Assembly: GCA_025832235.1 (NCBI GenBank)
Contig: GCA_025832235.1_3649.1
DNA length: 64,000 nucleotides
Strand: one strand, 5' to 3'
Source of the DNA: a phage
Shown: piece by piece, positions 17,824-25,412 of the stretch
Position numbering within the stretch: the stretch's first letter is position 1
How the letters are laid out: the number at the start of each line of letters is the position of its first letter
Notes under the pieces: model-generated
What the model was told of the DNA's origin: nothing
What the model saw: the letters and a program-made list of their open reading frames with translations, nothing else
Database searches by the model: none
Translations under genes and position numbers: made by a program

Positions 17824-17842
17824 GGCGGGAAGTTTTCCCGCC
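17824..17842 (-). promoter_or_regulatory. 5'-UTR stem-loop (GGCGGGAA-3-TTCCCGCC)
   Basis: 8-bp GC stem a few nt downstream of the predicted -10. Confidence 0.5.
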
Positions 17843-17852
17843 TGTGTGTTTA

Positions 17853-17880
17853 AGTATACTTATCGAGATTTACTTGTCAA
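17853..17880 (-). promoter_or_regulatory. sigma70-like promoter (TTGACA-N16-TATACT)
   Basis: -35 overlaps last codons of upstream gene 17870..18130; -10 TATACT. Confidence 0.55.
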
Positions 17881-18130
17881 CACTATTTTTTAAATTATTG
17901 TGGCGCAAAATGTTTAAAATCTCTTCAACGTCATCAACACGGCGGCAATTTTTAAACGCTACCAATTGCCCCATGATTTTAATCACTGGGCGGCCTTGCC
18001 AGTGCCCCTGAAGAAAGCGCGCCTTGACTTTATCGGTGGAACTATCACGCCACCAAATAGCCTTGTTGTTGCAGTAGTAAAAATTATTCAGGATAACATC
18101 AACTTTATCAAAATTTTTTAATTTACGCAT
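17870..18130 (-). CDS. hypothetical protein
   Basis: ORF track. Confidence 0.55.
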   Translation of the reverse strand: MRKLKNFDKVDVILNNFYYCNNKAIWWRDSSTDKVKARFLQGHWQGRPVIKIMGQLVAFKNCRRVDDVEEILNILRHNNLKNSVDK

Positions 18131-18535
18131 GGCGTTTACTCCTTTCTCTCTTTGATGTGGTTAGTATAGCTAACCTGTTGACGATGTCAATGATATTTTT
18201 AACGCCATAAAACGGCCCTGGGCGATGTTTTCAGGTTAAAGGGGGCGATTGCATAGGTGGGGGCCTTTTTGGCACTTACAGGGCCAACCAGGGGCGCTAT
18301 TCGTAGGATAGAAATAAAAAGCCCCGCACAATGGCGGGGCGTTGGTTGTTATTTGTCTTTATGGCGGTACCGTTCCGCCTGTCGTTCACGTTCCAAAAGC
18401 AGGCCCGGCAGTTTACGATCATAATGATTCCGCCAGATCTTCCCAAATCTTTTTGGCTTATTCAGTTTATTGTTCCGCTGGCGGCGTTCCGGCAGCTCTT
18501 CGGAATCATGAGATCGCTTTAAAATCTTTTCAAAA

Positions 18536-18883
18536 TTAATCTTCATATATTCCCCCCTTGCTAACTTCAATATTGGCCTGAATAGCCCGGATACGGCGCT
18601 TTATAACTTCCTGATCTGTGTGATCGTATCCCCAAAAGTCTACAATTTTTGCGCCCCCAGCTTCCAGGCGGTACAGTGTTTCCTGCATTTTGTAAGCCGG
18701 GATCGGTCGCGGTGTTACTTGGTCACCTTCTTTATTTTTATACTTTATAATATAATCTTCATTATCGTTGAATGTCCAAAATGGATATTCTGCAAGGGCG
18801 GTACTTTCCTTTTTATCCTGGATCTTGTTTACAATTAAAGCCGTAGCAATAGCGCCAATAATAAAACTAGCCCCGCTGATCAT
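18536..18883 (-). CDS. hypothetical membrane-anchored protein
   Basis: ORF track 18536..18946; ATG 18883 follows GAAAGGAG; N-terminal TM-like ISGASFIIGAIATALIV. Confidence 0.55.
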   Translation of the reverse strand: MISGASFIIGAIATALIVNKIQDKKESTALAEYPFWTFNDNEDYIIKYKNKEGDQVTPRPIPAYKMQETLYRLEAGGAKIVDFWGYDHTDQEVIKRRIRAIQANIEVSKGGIYED

Positions 18884-18958
18884 GTACTTTCTCCTTTCAT
18901 TGTGTTGATAAACTATCTTTATAGATGGCCCTGCTACCAGGACCACCGAAAAACCAGC

Positions 18959-19204
18959 TTATTTGACGATACCGACAAAACAGATCCCGCCTTCCCCTAT
19001 ATAGGCGATATCGGTAATTTGATAATTTGTCAAGATCCGCGTGTTCAGATCATTAATAAAATCGGTCATCGCGTTGGTGTAGTTGTCTTCCGTGTCTAAG
19101 GCATAATCCCAGGTGTAAACCTTTTTACGTCCGAAGCCTTTTACCATGATACGGGCGCTTTTGGTGTTGGTAGGGGCATAATATTTGGTAATTAGTGCGG
19201 CCAT
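18959..19204 (-). CDS. hypothetical protein
   Basis: ORF track; SD GAGGAG. Confidence 0.55.
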   Translation of the reverse strand: MAALITKYYAPTNTKSARIMVKGFGRKKVYTWDYALDTEDNYTNAMTDFINDLNTRILTNYQITDIAYIGEGGICFVGIVK

Positions 19205-19247
19205 TGTTTTAACTCCTCTGTATTAGTTCAGTGTTAACAGTGTAAAG

Positions 19248-19292
19248 TTTACTTTATTGATGGCCCTGGAGTCAAGGCCATCTAAAAATAAA
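19248..19292 (-). promoter_or_regulatory. conserved 45-bp element, copy 2 (hairpin with TTGACT in loop + TAAACT)
   Basis: Immediately downstream of stop of 19294..19635 and about 45 nt upstream of 18959..19204 start. Confidence 0.5.
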
Positions 19293-19293
19293 T

Positions 19294-19635
19294 TTACTCG
19301 TTTTCTTCCAGTTCTGCAAGCTCTTCTTTCACTTCTTCAAGCTCTGTTTGCAATTCCTGGTATTCTTCATCGTCCTCAATATCCAGGCTGTCGATGTAGT
19401 CGCTAAATCCGCAGCGGTAAGCGATAGGATCTAACTCCTTGAGGATACGCGACGGAAGAAAAGAAATGTTTCCGATCATAATTTCGCCATAGATCTCGTC
19501 TAACCATTCATCATAGTTTTCGTCGTACTTGTCCTCGTCGATTTCAAAATTATCGATCTTGTTCTCAAGGTCTGCGATCTGTTTTTTCAGCGCGGCGATC
19601 TGCATGGCTTTTTCTGTGGCGGTCATAGTAGTCAT
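19294..19635 (-). CDS. hypothetical highly acidic protein
   Basis: ORF track; about 30% Asp+Glu with acidic C-terminal tail; own promoter/hairpin. Confidence 0.55.
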   Translation of the reverse strand: MTTMTATEKAMQIAALKKQIADLENKIDNFEIDEDKYDENYDEWLDEIYGEIMIGNISFLPSRILKELDPIAYRCGFSDYIDSLDIEDDEEYQELQTELEEVKEELAELEENE

Positions 19636-19660
19636 AGTGTTTTCTCCTTTTGTGTGCTTT

Positions 19661-19673
19661 GGGAAGTTTTCCC
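19661..19673 (-). promoter_or_regulatory. 5'-UTR stem-loop (GGGAA-3-TTCCC)
   Basis: Same hairpin family. Confidence 0.45.
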
Positions 19674-19686
19674 GTTTACGTGTTTA

Positions 19687-19714
19687 AGTATACTGATTTA
19701 AGTTAGCTTGTCAA
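19687..19714 (-). promoter_or_regulatory. sigma70-like promoter (TTGACA-N16-TATACT)
   Basis: Plus-strand TGTCAA 19709-19714 and AGTATA 19687-19692. Confidence 0.55.
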
Positions 19715-19834
19715 TTAAAAGTTTAAGAAAAATTTTGCTACACCGTTGGCACTACCCATCAACATTTGCGCCAGGATGTAACCAATGATGCAAACGATAA
19801 TAGTTACCTTTGTGTGCTGGCGTGTAGTACTCAT
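19715..19834 (-). CDS. small hydrophobic peptide (39 aa)
   Basis: Hand-translated MSTTRQHTKVTIIVCIIGYILAQMLMGSANGVAKFFLNF; SD AAGGGGG; preceded by element copy 3. Confidence 0.4.
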   Translation of the reverse strand: MSTTRQHTKVTIIVCIIGYILAQMLMGSANGVAKFFLNF

Positions 19835-19867
19835 CTTTAAGCCCCCTTTCCGCTCAACTGTGGTTAG

Positions 19868-19912
19868 TTTACTTTATTGATGGCCCTGGAGTCAAGGCCA
19901 TCTAAAAATAAA
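19868..19912 (-). promoter_or_regulatory. conserved 45-bp element, copy 3
   Basis: Directly downstream of stop of 19914..20309. Confidence 0.5.
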
Positions 19913-19913
19913 C

Positions 19914-20309
19914 TCAGTAAGTTTTCAGTACTTTCCCGTCCAACCTGTCTAACTGAATCTCAATAGCTGCAGAAAACCTATTGTAAACCACATCGCCCAG
20001 GGAGTCCAGCCAATCTATGACGTTATACACCTGCTCTTTATTCTTGCAAGTCCGGATCCGTTTCATTACGTAAGACGGATCAATATTAGCGCTCTCGTTG
20101 TTGTGGTCATGCGCCTGGCCTGCTGCGCTAGTTATAGATTTTACAACCACCTGAAAGGGCTTTAAGGTGCCTTTTGCGTTCATCTCACGCGCTTTCGCGG
20201 CGCGGTTGTTGTATGTTACACAACGGCGGCAAATGTTGACCAAATGCATATCAATAATTTTTTCATCGTTTGCCAGTTCGTTCATGATGCGGCGTACGTT
20301 CTTATTCAT
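19914..20309 (-). CDS. hypothetical protein
   Basis: ORF track; SD AGGAAAAAAG. Confidence 0.55.
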   Translation of the reverse strand: MNKNVRRIMNELANDEKIIDMHLVNICRRCVTYNNRAAKAREMNAKGTLKPFQVVVKSITSAAGQAHDHNNESANIDPSYVMKRIRTCKNKEQVYNVIDWLDSLGDVVYNRFSAAIEIQLDRLDGKVLKTY

Positions 20310-20329
20310 GATCTTTTTTCCTTTGTGTT

Positions 20330-20348
20330 GGCGGGAAACATTCCCGCC
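20330..20348 (-). promoter_or_regulatory. 5'-UTR stem-loop (GGCGGGAA-3-TTCCCGCC)
   Basis: Same stem as 17824-17842 with a different loop. Confidence 0.5.
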
Positions 20349-20358
20349 TTTTGTGTAT

Positions 20359-20386
20359 AGTTTACTTGAATTTTGCAGCGTGTCAA
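20359..20386 (-). promoter_or_regulatory. sigma70-like promoter (TTGACA-N16-TAAACT) abutting an A18 tract
   Basis: Plus-strand TGTCAA 20381-20386; homopolymer immediately upstream on the minus strand. Confidence 0.5.
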
Positions 20387-20389
20387 TAA

Positions 20390-20407
20390 TTTTTTTTTTT
20401 TTTTTTT
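20390..20407. repeat. 18-nt homopolymer (T on plus, A on minus strand)
   Basis: Uninterrupted T run; overlaps stop codon of 20406..20804. Confidence 0.7.
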
Positions 20408-20804
20408 ATTCGTGGGCACATGTTACAATGTGCTTTTTATATCCCAGGCGGTCAGCAAGTGCCGACAAAAACTCTTCTTCGTAGATCCAGCCGTCGGCAG
20501 TGATCCCCATAGCATTTAATGCGCTCTCAAGTGCTGCGTTAGCTTTATCATAACCGTGACCGCTCGCCTTGCCGCCAGTATAGCCGTACTTATTGTTCTT
20601 GTTGTCGTGTATCCAAAAAACGCAGTAGTGAGTGTTCCCACTGGCGGCGGCATAATACCGGATCTCAGCTACTTCGTGCAAATTATTGTCATCGTCCAGG
20701 CCCACCAGATTATAAGCCTTATAAAATCCACGATCACGGCGGCAGTTCTTGACATCAGAAAAAGAAAAGTCCGCATTGTCAAAATTAAAGGTAGTGGTTT
20801 TCAT
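20406..20804 (-). CDS. hypothetical protein
   Basis: ORF track. Confidence 0.55.
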   Translation of the reverse strand: MKTTTFNFDNADFSFSDVKNCRRDRGFYKAYNLVGLDDDNNLHEVAEIRYYAAASGNTHYCVFWIHDNKNNKYGYTGGKASGHGYDKANAALESALNAMGITADGWIYEEEFLSALADRLGYKKHIVTCAHE

Positions 20805-20868
20805 GATTTTATCCTCTTAGTGTTTTTTGTGCTTTTAGTGTATTTTGTGTCAGGCTATATGTCAATAC

Positions 20869-21066
20869 TTATTTTTTATTAAACCAGTGGTTGATCTGGC
20901 CTTTTGTCAGGGCGCAACGATTAAGCTGTTGCAGGGTATAGCTATGACCGCGACGAAATTTATAAAGGCCTTGCCCGTTGTTGATGGTTACATCCGCCCG
21001 GCAAATCACTTGATTGGTGACCACCTGGCGAGTGTTGCGACGTGCTTTGATTCCGTATGCGTTCAT
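20869..21066 (-). CDS. hypothetical protein
   Basis: ORF track; SD GAGAGGACAAG. Confidence 0.45.
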   Translation of the reverse strand: MNAYGIKARRNTRQVVTNQVICRADVTINNGQGLYKFRRGHSYTLQQLNRCALTKGQINHWFNKK

Positions 21067-21144
21067 GATTTCTTGTCCTCTCTGTTAATTAGTGGGGTGT
21101 TGTTCACCTTGCGAGAATAAGAATAACAAGAACTGTCCGAGCTG

Positions 21145-21327
21145 TCAACCATTAGTTAAAATTATTTTTTGGGTAGAATTCTCCAGCCGCCGCCCCTGCC
21201 AGGTTAACCACCGTTTTTCGTACTCTTCTTTATGTTCCAACGCTCCCGCCATAGCCTTTTCAACCAGGGCGATAGCCTCAGCGTCATTAATCGCTACATT
21301 TCCCAGGTGAGTAGCATTACCTTTCAT
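21145..21327 (-). CDS. hypothetical protein
   Basis: ORF track; SD GAGGAGG. Confidence 0.4.
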   Translation of the reverse strand: MKGNATHLGNVAINDAEAIALVEKAMAGALEHKEEYEKRWLTWQGRRLENSTQKIILTNG

Positions 21328-21535
21328 TTTTGTACCTCCTCTTCAATTGTTACCTATCCTATAGCATAGGCCCACCAGGTTTGCAAGCCTTCATTCTCTC
21401 CTACCTGGTCAGTTAGGCCCTGCCAGGCTGGCCCCGCCAGGTTGCAGCGGTCAGCGCATCAGGTTAGAAATTTTTTTTTTTGAAAAGTGTTGACAGCGGC
21501 CCCGCCAGGTGGCAAAATATACCTATCGAAAGGAC

Positions 21536-21716
21536 GGCAGGCACCGGTGACGGGGGAGACAACCACCGGGGATGGGCGCTGCATAAAATGAGAACGGTTA
21601 TCATTATCATTTAAAAATTTATGCAAAAAAAAAAATCCTTGCTTTCTTTGTCCTGTGTGATACTATAATAACAAGCCGGGGCAACAGGGGCCGGGAGACA
21701 ATCACCGGGCCTGCCC
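21536..21716. repeat. GC-rich element copies A (21536-21571) and B (21688-21716), each followed by a conserved AT-rich tail
   Basis: Shared core GGGAGACAA(C/T)CACCGGG; third inverted copy at 12903-12945. Confidence 0.5.
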
Positions 21717-21957
21717 GTTATTCTGCAAACGAGAATGATTATCATTCAAAATTCTAAATGAGAACTCCTCGCATTTAATAAATTTAATTAGCATGCTAAT
21801 TACCTTCCGTAACAATCTCCTATAAAATAGTGCCCCATAAAATATTCCCATATAGAAATTTTAAAAATCCATTTCTGAAAACGAAAAATCGATTTCGTCC
21901 CCAAAAATTTCAGGTCGAGAGCTGGAACGATTTCCAGAAAATCCGATTCAGAAAACG

Positions 21958-22039
21958 AAAAACAGATCGAGTACTGAGAAATTTGTCGAGAAAAATTTTC
22001 AGAAAATCAGGTCTTTGAAATGAAAAACAGATCGAGTAC
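21958..22039. repeat. 17-bp perfect direct repeat AAAAACAGATCGAGTAC (21958-21974 and 22023-22039)
   Basis: Exact repeats 65 bp apart; related GAAAACGAAAAATCGAT at 21877-21893. Confidence 0.55.
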
Positions 22040-22351
22040 CGAAAGAGATGTGCCGAAACTTTCTGATAATAATGGACTTATTGTTATAAAAGGTCAGAGG
22101 TAAGCTGGGAAAGTTCTGGTAGAAGGGTGAGAGTATGTGCGGAAAATCTGGAATAGTGACTTAAAGTACGGTGCGAACGATAGAATGAGCAGCACATCTT
22201 ATCGTGCCTGTCTTGAAAAATCCATTTTAGTTTTCGATCCATTTTCTGATTTTCTAAGAATTTTAAAATATCTGGCCCGGTGAAATATCAAAAGGAGGAA
22301 ATCCATTTTAGAAATCCTCCTTACACTTGATATGCCAGGGATTTTCAAGTA

Positions 22352-22681
22352 TCAGCTGTCTTTGTTTTTAGGTTTGTACATGCGCAGAGGTATGGTCTTT
22401 GTAACATTCCATTTCCTCAACCCTTCCCAGCTCCAGTTGTGGGCGTGATACCCGGTTATGCATGCACTGCTGGCGTGATCATAAGCATAAGAGAACGCTA
22501 TGTGCACCAGGTGGGGCCAGTCCTTCCACGGCTGTGGACCGTAAGCCTTTCTCCAACACCGACACAAACTAATTGTCTCAAGAATAGGGAGAATAACAAT
22601 TCCATATACCACCACCAGAATGGTCAGTGCAATGATTGTCAGGAACACATACCCTGCAGTTGAAATGATGATCTCTGTCAT
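22352..22681 (-). CDS. hypothetical membrane protein
   Basis: ORF track; N-terminal TM-like ISTAGYVFLTIIALTILVVVYGIVILPIL. Confidence 0.5.
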   Translation of the reverse strand: MTEIIISTAGYVFLTIIALTILVVVYGIVILPILETISLCRCWRKAYGPQPWKDWPHLVHIAFSYAYDHASSACITGYHAHNWSWEGLRKWNVTKTIPLRMYKPKNKDS

Positions 22682-22875
22682 TTGTCGTCCCCTTTCTTAC
22701 GAATATAGATGTGAGAGCCTGCCTGTATATAAATTTCTCGACCATCTTCTGCAAAGATATGAAATACACGATCACCTTCGTACTCGATACGAGATATCTT
22801 CATAATGGTCTTTCCACCTGGGATGCGGATCTCGTCCCCCACAGCGATGTTCCATGCAGATTTAAGCTTAAACAT
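22678..22875 (-). CDS. hypothetical protein
   Basis: ORF track 22678..22941; ATG 22875 follows AGGAGGG. Confidence 0.5.
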   Translation of the reverse strand: MFKLKSAWNIAVGDEIRIPGGKTIMKISRIEYEGDRVFHIFAEDGREIYIQAGSHIYIRKKGDDK

Positions 22876-23113
22876 CCGCACCCTCCTTTGGGAGCTCGAA
22901 CTCTGGCATAGCCATATACGCCACAACAGGGTTGTAATCAAAGTAGAAATGACCGTTAATTATCCCAGTTTTGTGAGCATAGTCACCAGATCCTGCAAGA
23001 ACAACCTCGCAAGCTCCGAAATCTACATTGCCATCCTCATCAGCCATGGCTACGATATACTTTCCTAGAGGCATGTTTTTAACGCCGTCTACAAATGTCC
23101 ACCCTTTGTTCAT
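22868..23113 (-). CDS. hypothetical protein
   Basis: ORF track. Confidence 0.5.
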   Translation of the reverse strand: MNKGWTFVDGVKNMPLGKYIVAMADEDGNVDFGACEVVLAGSGDYAHKTGIINGHFYFDYNPVVAYMAMPEFELPKEGADV

Positions 23114-23133
23114 ACTTTATCTCCTGCACTTTC

Positions 23134-23466
23134 TTAAGGTAACCAGTAAACAATCTCGCCTTTCAGCTTCATGTCGTTTCCAACATAAATTTCCCAGCCA
23201 TCCATCTTAGCAACTGTAGGCCCAAAGTCATCCGCACCCCTTACCTCTTTCCAGGCTCCGTAGTCAGGTTGCCAGATATAGAATCCACCTTCTTTGTCCC
23301 ATGCTCCGTACACTACGTTTAACAGGTTTCCCATTGCAACAATGGTGGGCCGTGGGAATAATACATCTACAGATGCGCCACAATTTCGGGTATCTTTTAA
23401 GTTGCAATCCCAAAAGATGTCTGCCAGTGTGGCGGCGATAGCTTTACGTCTTTCCAATGTTACCAT
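23134..23466 (-). CDS. hypothetical protein
   Basis: ORF track. Confidence 0.5.
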   Translation of the reverse strand: MVTLERRKAIAATLADIFWDCNLKDTRNCGASVDVLFPRPTIVAMGNLLNVVYGAWDKEGGFYIWQPDYGAWKEVRGADDFGPTVAKMDGWEIYVGNDMKLKGEIVYWLP

Positions 23467-23476
23467 GGCACGATAC

Positions 23477-23668
23477 TCACTTGTTGTTAATAAGTTCTAA
23501 AACTTTCTGTCTTACTTTGTCAAGGTCTGTTGATTCAAAAACTGTGCGATATCCCCAACTTTGCCCATAGGAGTGACTGCAATCTCCGTAGCACCATTGC
23601 TCAATTTGATAGTATTCAAGGAAGGGGTGCTGTCTAACTATGATGCCATCCCGGTTAAAAATTACCAT
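23477..23668 (-). CDS. hypothetical protein
   Basis: ORF track. Confidence 0.45.
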   Translation of the reverse strand: MVIFNRDGIIVRQHPFLEYYQIEQWCYGDCSHSYGQSWGYRTVFESTDLDKVRQKVLELINNK

Positions 23669-23731
23669 AATACGTCGCTCTCTGTTAGTCTGTGCGTATA
23701 TTATACACTGTAGTTTTCAGATGTCAATCTT

Positions 23732-23983
23732 TTACAGGTTACTCCAGTATACTCGGCATTTACATTTCGGGCAATGAGGCTCTTTTATGTAATAACCATC
23801 AGTCTTTGGAACACTTTTTGGTGCAGTTTTAAGATTGTACCGAGTAAAACACCGGAAGCAGGTTACCTCTCCAACCTGTTGATCGTTTATCCACTCGCCA
23901 GAGTAAAGCTCTCTCTTGTTTCTCATAATTCTCTCCCAAATCCTCTGCAATCTTATACCAAAATCTCCAGCCAGAAAGCACAC
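23732..23983 (-). CDS. hypothetical protein with Cys-rich zinc-ribbon-like motifs
   Basis: ORF track; CFRCFTRY ... CPKCKC. Confidence 0.5.
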   Translation of the reverse strand: MCFLAGDFGIRLQRIWERIMRNKRELYSGEWINDQQVGEVTCFRCFTRYNLKTAPKSVPKTDGYYIKEPHCPKCKCRVYWSNL

Positions 23984-24176
23984 GGGAACACTTTGATGAT
24001 TGAATCTTTACCTGGTTCAGCAGTTCTTTTTCCGTAGGGTAGGTAGAAATACCCTCCTGCAGATTCGAACACAGCCCCTTCGGTTGTATCTATCACAGCC
24101 AGAATTAAGATTTTAGTCTCCATAGTGCTCCCTCTCTCAATCGTTGTGGTGACTATACCATCTCAAAAACCCGCTG

Positions 24177-24635
24177 TCAACACTTTTTGTACTCCACCAC
24201 GATAATATTCATATCAAAAGTGGCAAGGTTAATAACGTCCTCTACGTGCTCCCACTTCAAACCGCCTATGCCGCACCCGATCTTAGGGATGTAGAATGGT
24301 AAAGTCGATCCACTGAATACCTCATTGACTAGCTCAAAGCCTTTCAGGATTGAGAAATATTCAGCATTAGGTCCTGGGTAGAACTGAGTATACAGATTGA
24401 TTCCGTAGACAATACCTCTCGGAGATAAGTGCTCCCATCGGGAGAACGCACCCAGTTTACTTAGGCAACCGTGTCTGGTCTCTTTGTCAGCTGCCAATGC
24501 TTGAGGGAACTCACGGGCAATCTGTTTTGCTATCCCCTTGCCCATTGTGTGGAAGCAGTTACAACCGTGGATCAGGTGACCAGCACCGCTCTTAAAAAGG
24601 GAGATTAAATCTCCCTCTACAGTATCAATAATCAC
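24177..24635 (-). CDS. macro-domain protein (ADP-ribose binding / ADP-ribosyl hydrolase family)
   Basis: HLIHGCNCFHTMGKGIAKQIA and IPKIGCGIGGL parallel the two glycine-rich ADP-ribose-binding motifs of macro domains such as E. coli YmdB; probable GTG start at 24635 (SD GAGGAG) rather than track start 24734. Confidence 0.65.
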   Translation of the reverse strand: MIIDTVEGDLISLFKSGAGHLIHGCNCFHTMGKGIAKQIAREFPQALAADKETRHGCLSKLGAFSRWEHLSPRGIVYGINLYTQFYPGPNAEYFSILKGFELVNEVFSGSTLPFYIPKIGCGIGGLKWEHVEDVINLATFDMNIIVVEYKKC

Positions 24636-25050
24636 GGTATGCCAGCTCCTCTTCCGCAATTTCAAAAAACTCAGTCCAGCACTGTGGCATATTGGAGTTA
24701 CCGAAGTGGCTTTCATAGTAAAGGTTCTCACCACTTGGAAGATAGAAATCTGTTACCTCATAGAATCCACAATCGTCGCACTCGCCTTCTTCAAACTTAG
24801 CCTCAACCTTAATACCGAGGAAGGTGAAAAGTTTATGGATATCTTCAGTTTCGAACTCCCAGTGAATGTTGTTTTCCGCATCGGTGTAGAACTGGATCAG
24901 CAGACCATTGTCCAGTTTACCAAAATACTCTGTGAAGTAACTTCCTTCCCAGAAATCTTTATGACAAATAATATCCATGCGTTTGCCCATAATAATGGTG
25001 TGAGCGTTTTGGGCATCGTCACGAATCAGTTTTGGCATTTCATAGATCAT
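24625..25050 (-). CDS. hypothetical protein
   Basis: ORF track; coupled to macro-domain gene. Confidence 0.5.
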   Translation of the reverse strand: MIYEMPKLIRDDAQNAHTIIMGKRMDIICHKDFWEGSYFTEYFGKLDNGLLIQFYTDAENNIHWEFETEDIHKLFTFLGIKVEAKFEEGECDDCGFYEVTDFYLPSGENLYYESHFGNSNMPQCWTEFFEIAEEELAYRDY

Positions 25051-25118
25051 CTTAGTTCTCCGGGTTCAACAGGTGGTGGTGCTACAGGAAGATCATAAAA
25101 CATGGCTATCACAGTCTC

Positions 25119-25316
25119 TTACACAGGAATTGCTTCAAACAGGCCGTTATCTATACCATCCTTCAGATAAAGATTATACTCTATGTCGGTATCTGTATAA
25201 AGGGCAGCATCCAGCATTCTATCTGTGAGTCCATCCATTGGGTGGAGAAACCACCACCCACGCCAGTCAAAGTAACAACCTGGTGCATCTTCTCTTACAC
25301 GGATTCGATAAATCAT
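25119..25316 (-). CDS. hypothetical protein
   Basis: ORF track. Confidence 0.4.
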   Translation of the reverse strand: MIYRIRVREDAPGCYFDWRGWWFLHPMDGLTDRMLDAALYTDTDIEYNLYLKDGIDNGLFEAIPV

Positions 25317-25412
25317 GGGCAGTGGCCTCCTGTTAGTTATACATCCCAGTTTTCTTCGTTCATCACGTCCTCCCGTTTTATGAAGTTATAATTGCACACC
25401 TTTCAACCTGTG

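Larger units (their letters stand above)
21330..22350. other. about 1-kb ORF-free, repeat-rich island inside the leftward gene array
   Basis: No credible ORF; GGCCC(C/T)GCCAGG motifs, two GC-rich element copies, T11 and A11 tracts, 17-bp direct repeats, palindromes. Confidence 0.55.

Noticed and set aside
12495-20348. Leader hairpins as rho-independent terminators or N4-type hairpin promoters
   Set aside because: No U-tract follows them on the transcribed strand, and they lie downstream of sigma70-like -35/-10 boxes rather than replacing them.
21830-22018. Plus-strand 62-aa ORF in the repeat island
   Set aside because: Arises from direct repeats (basic low-complexity product); no SD.
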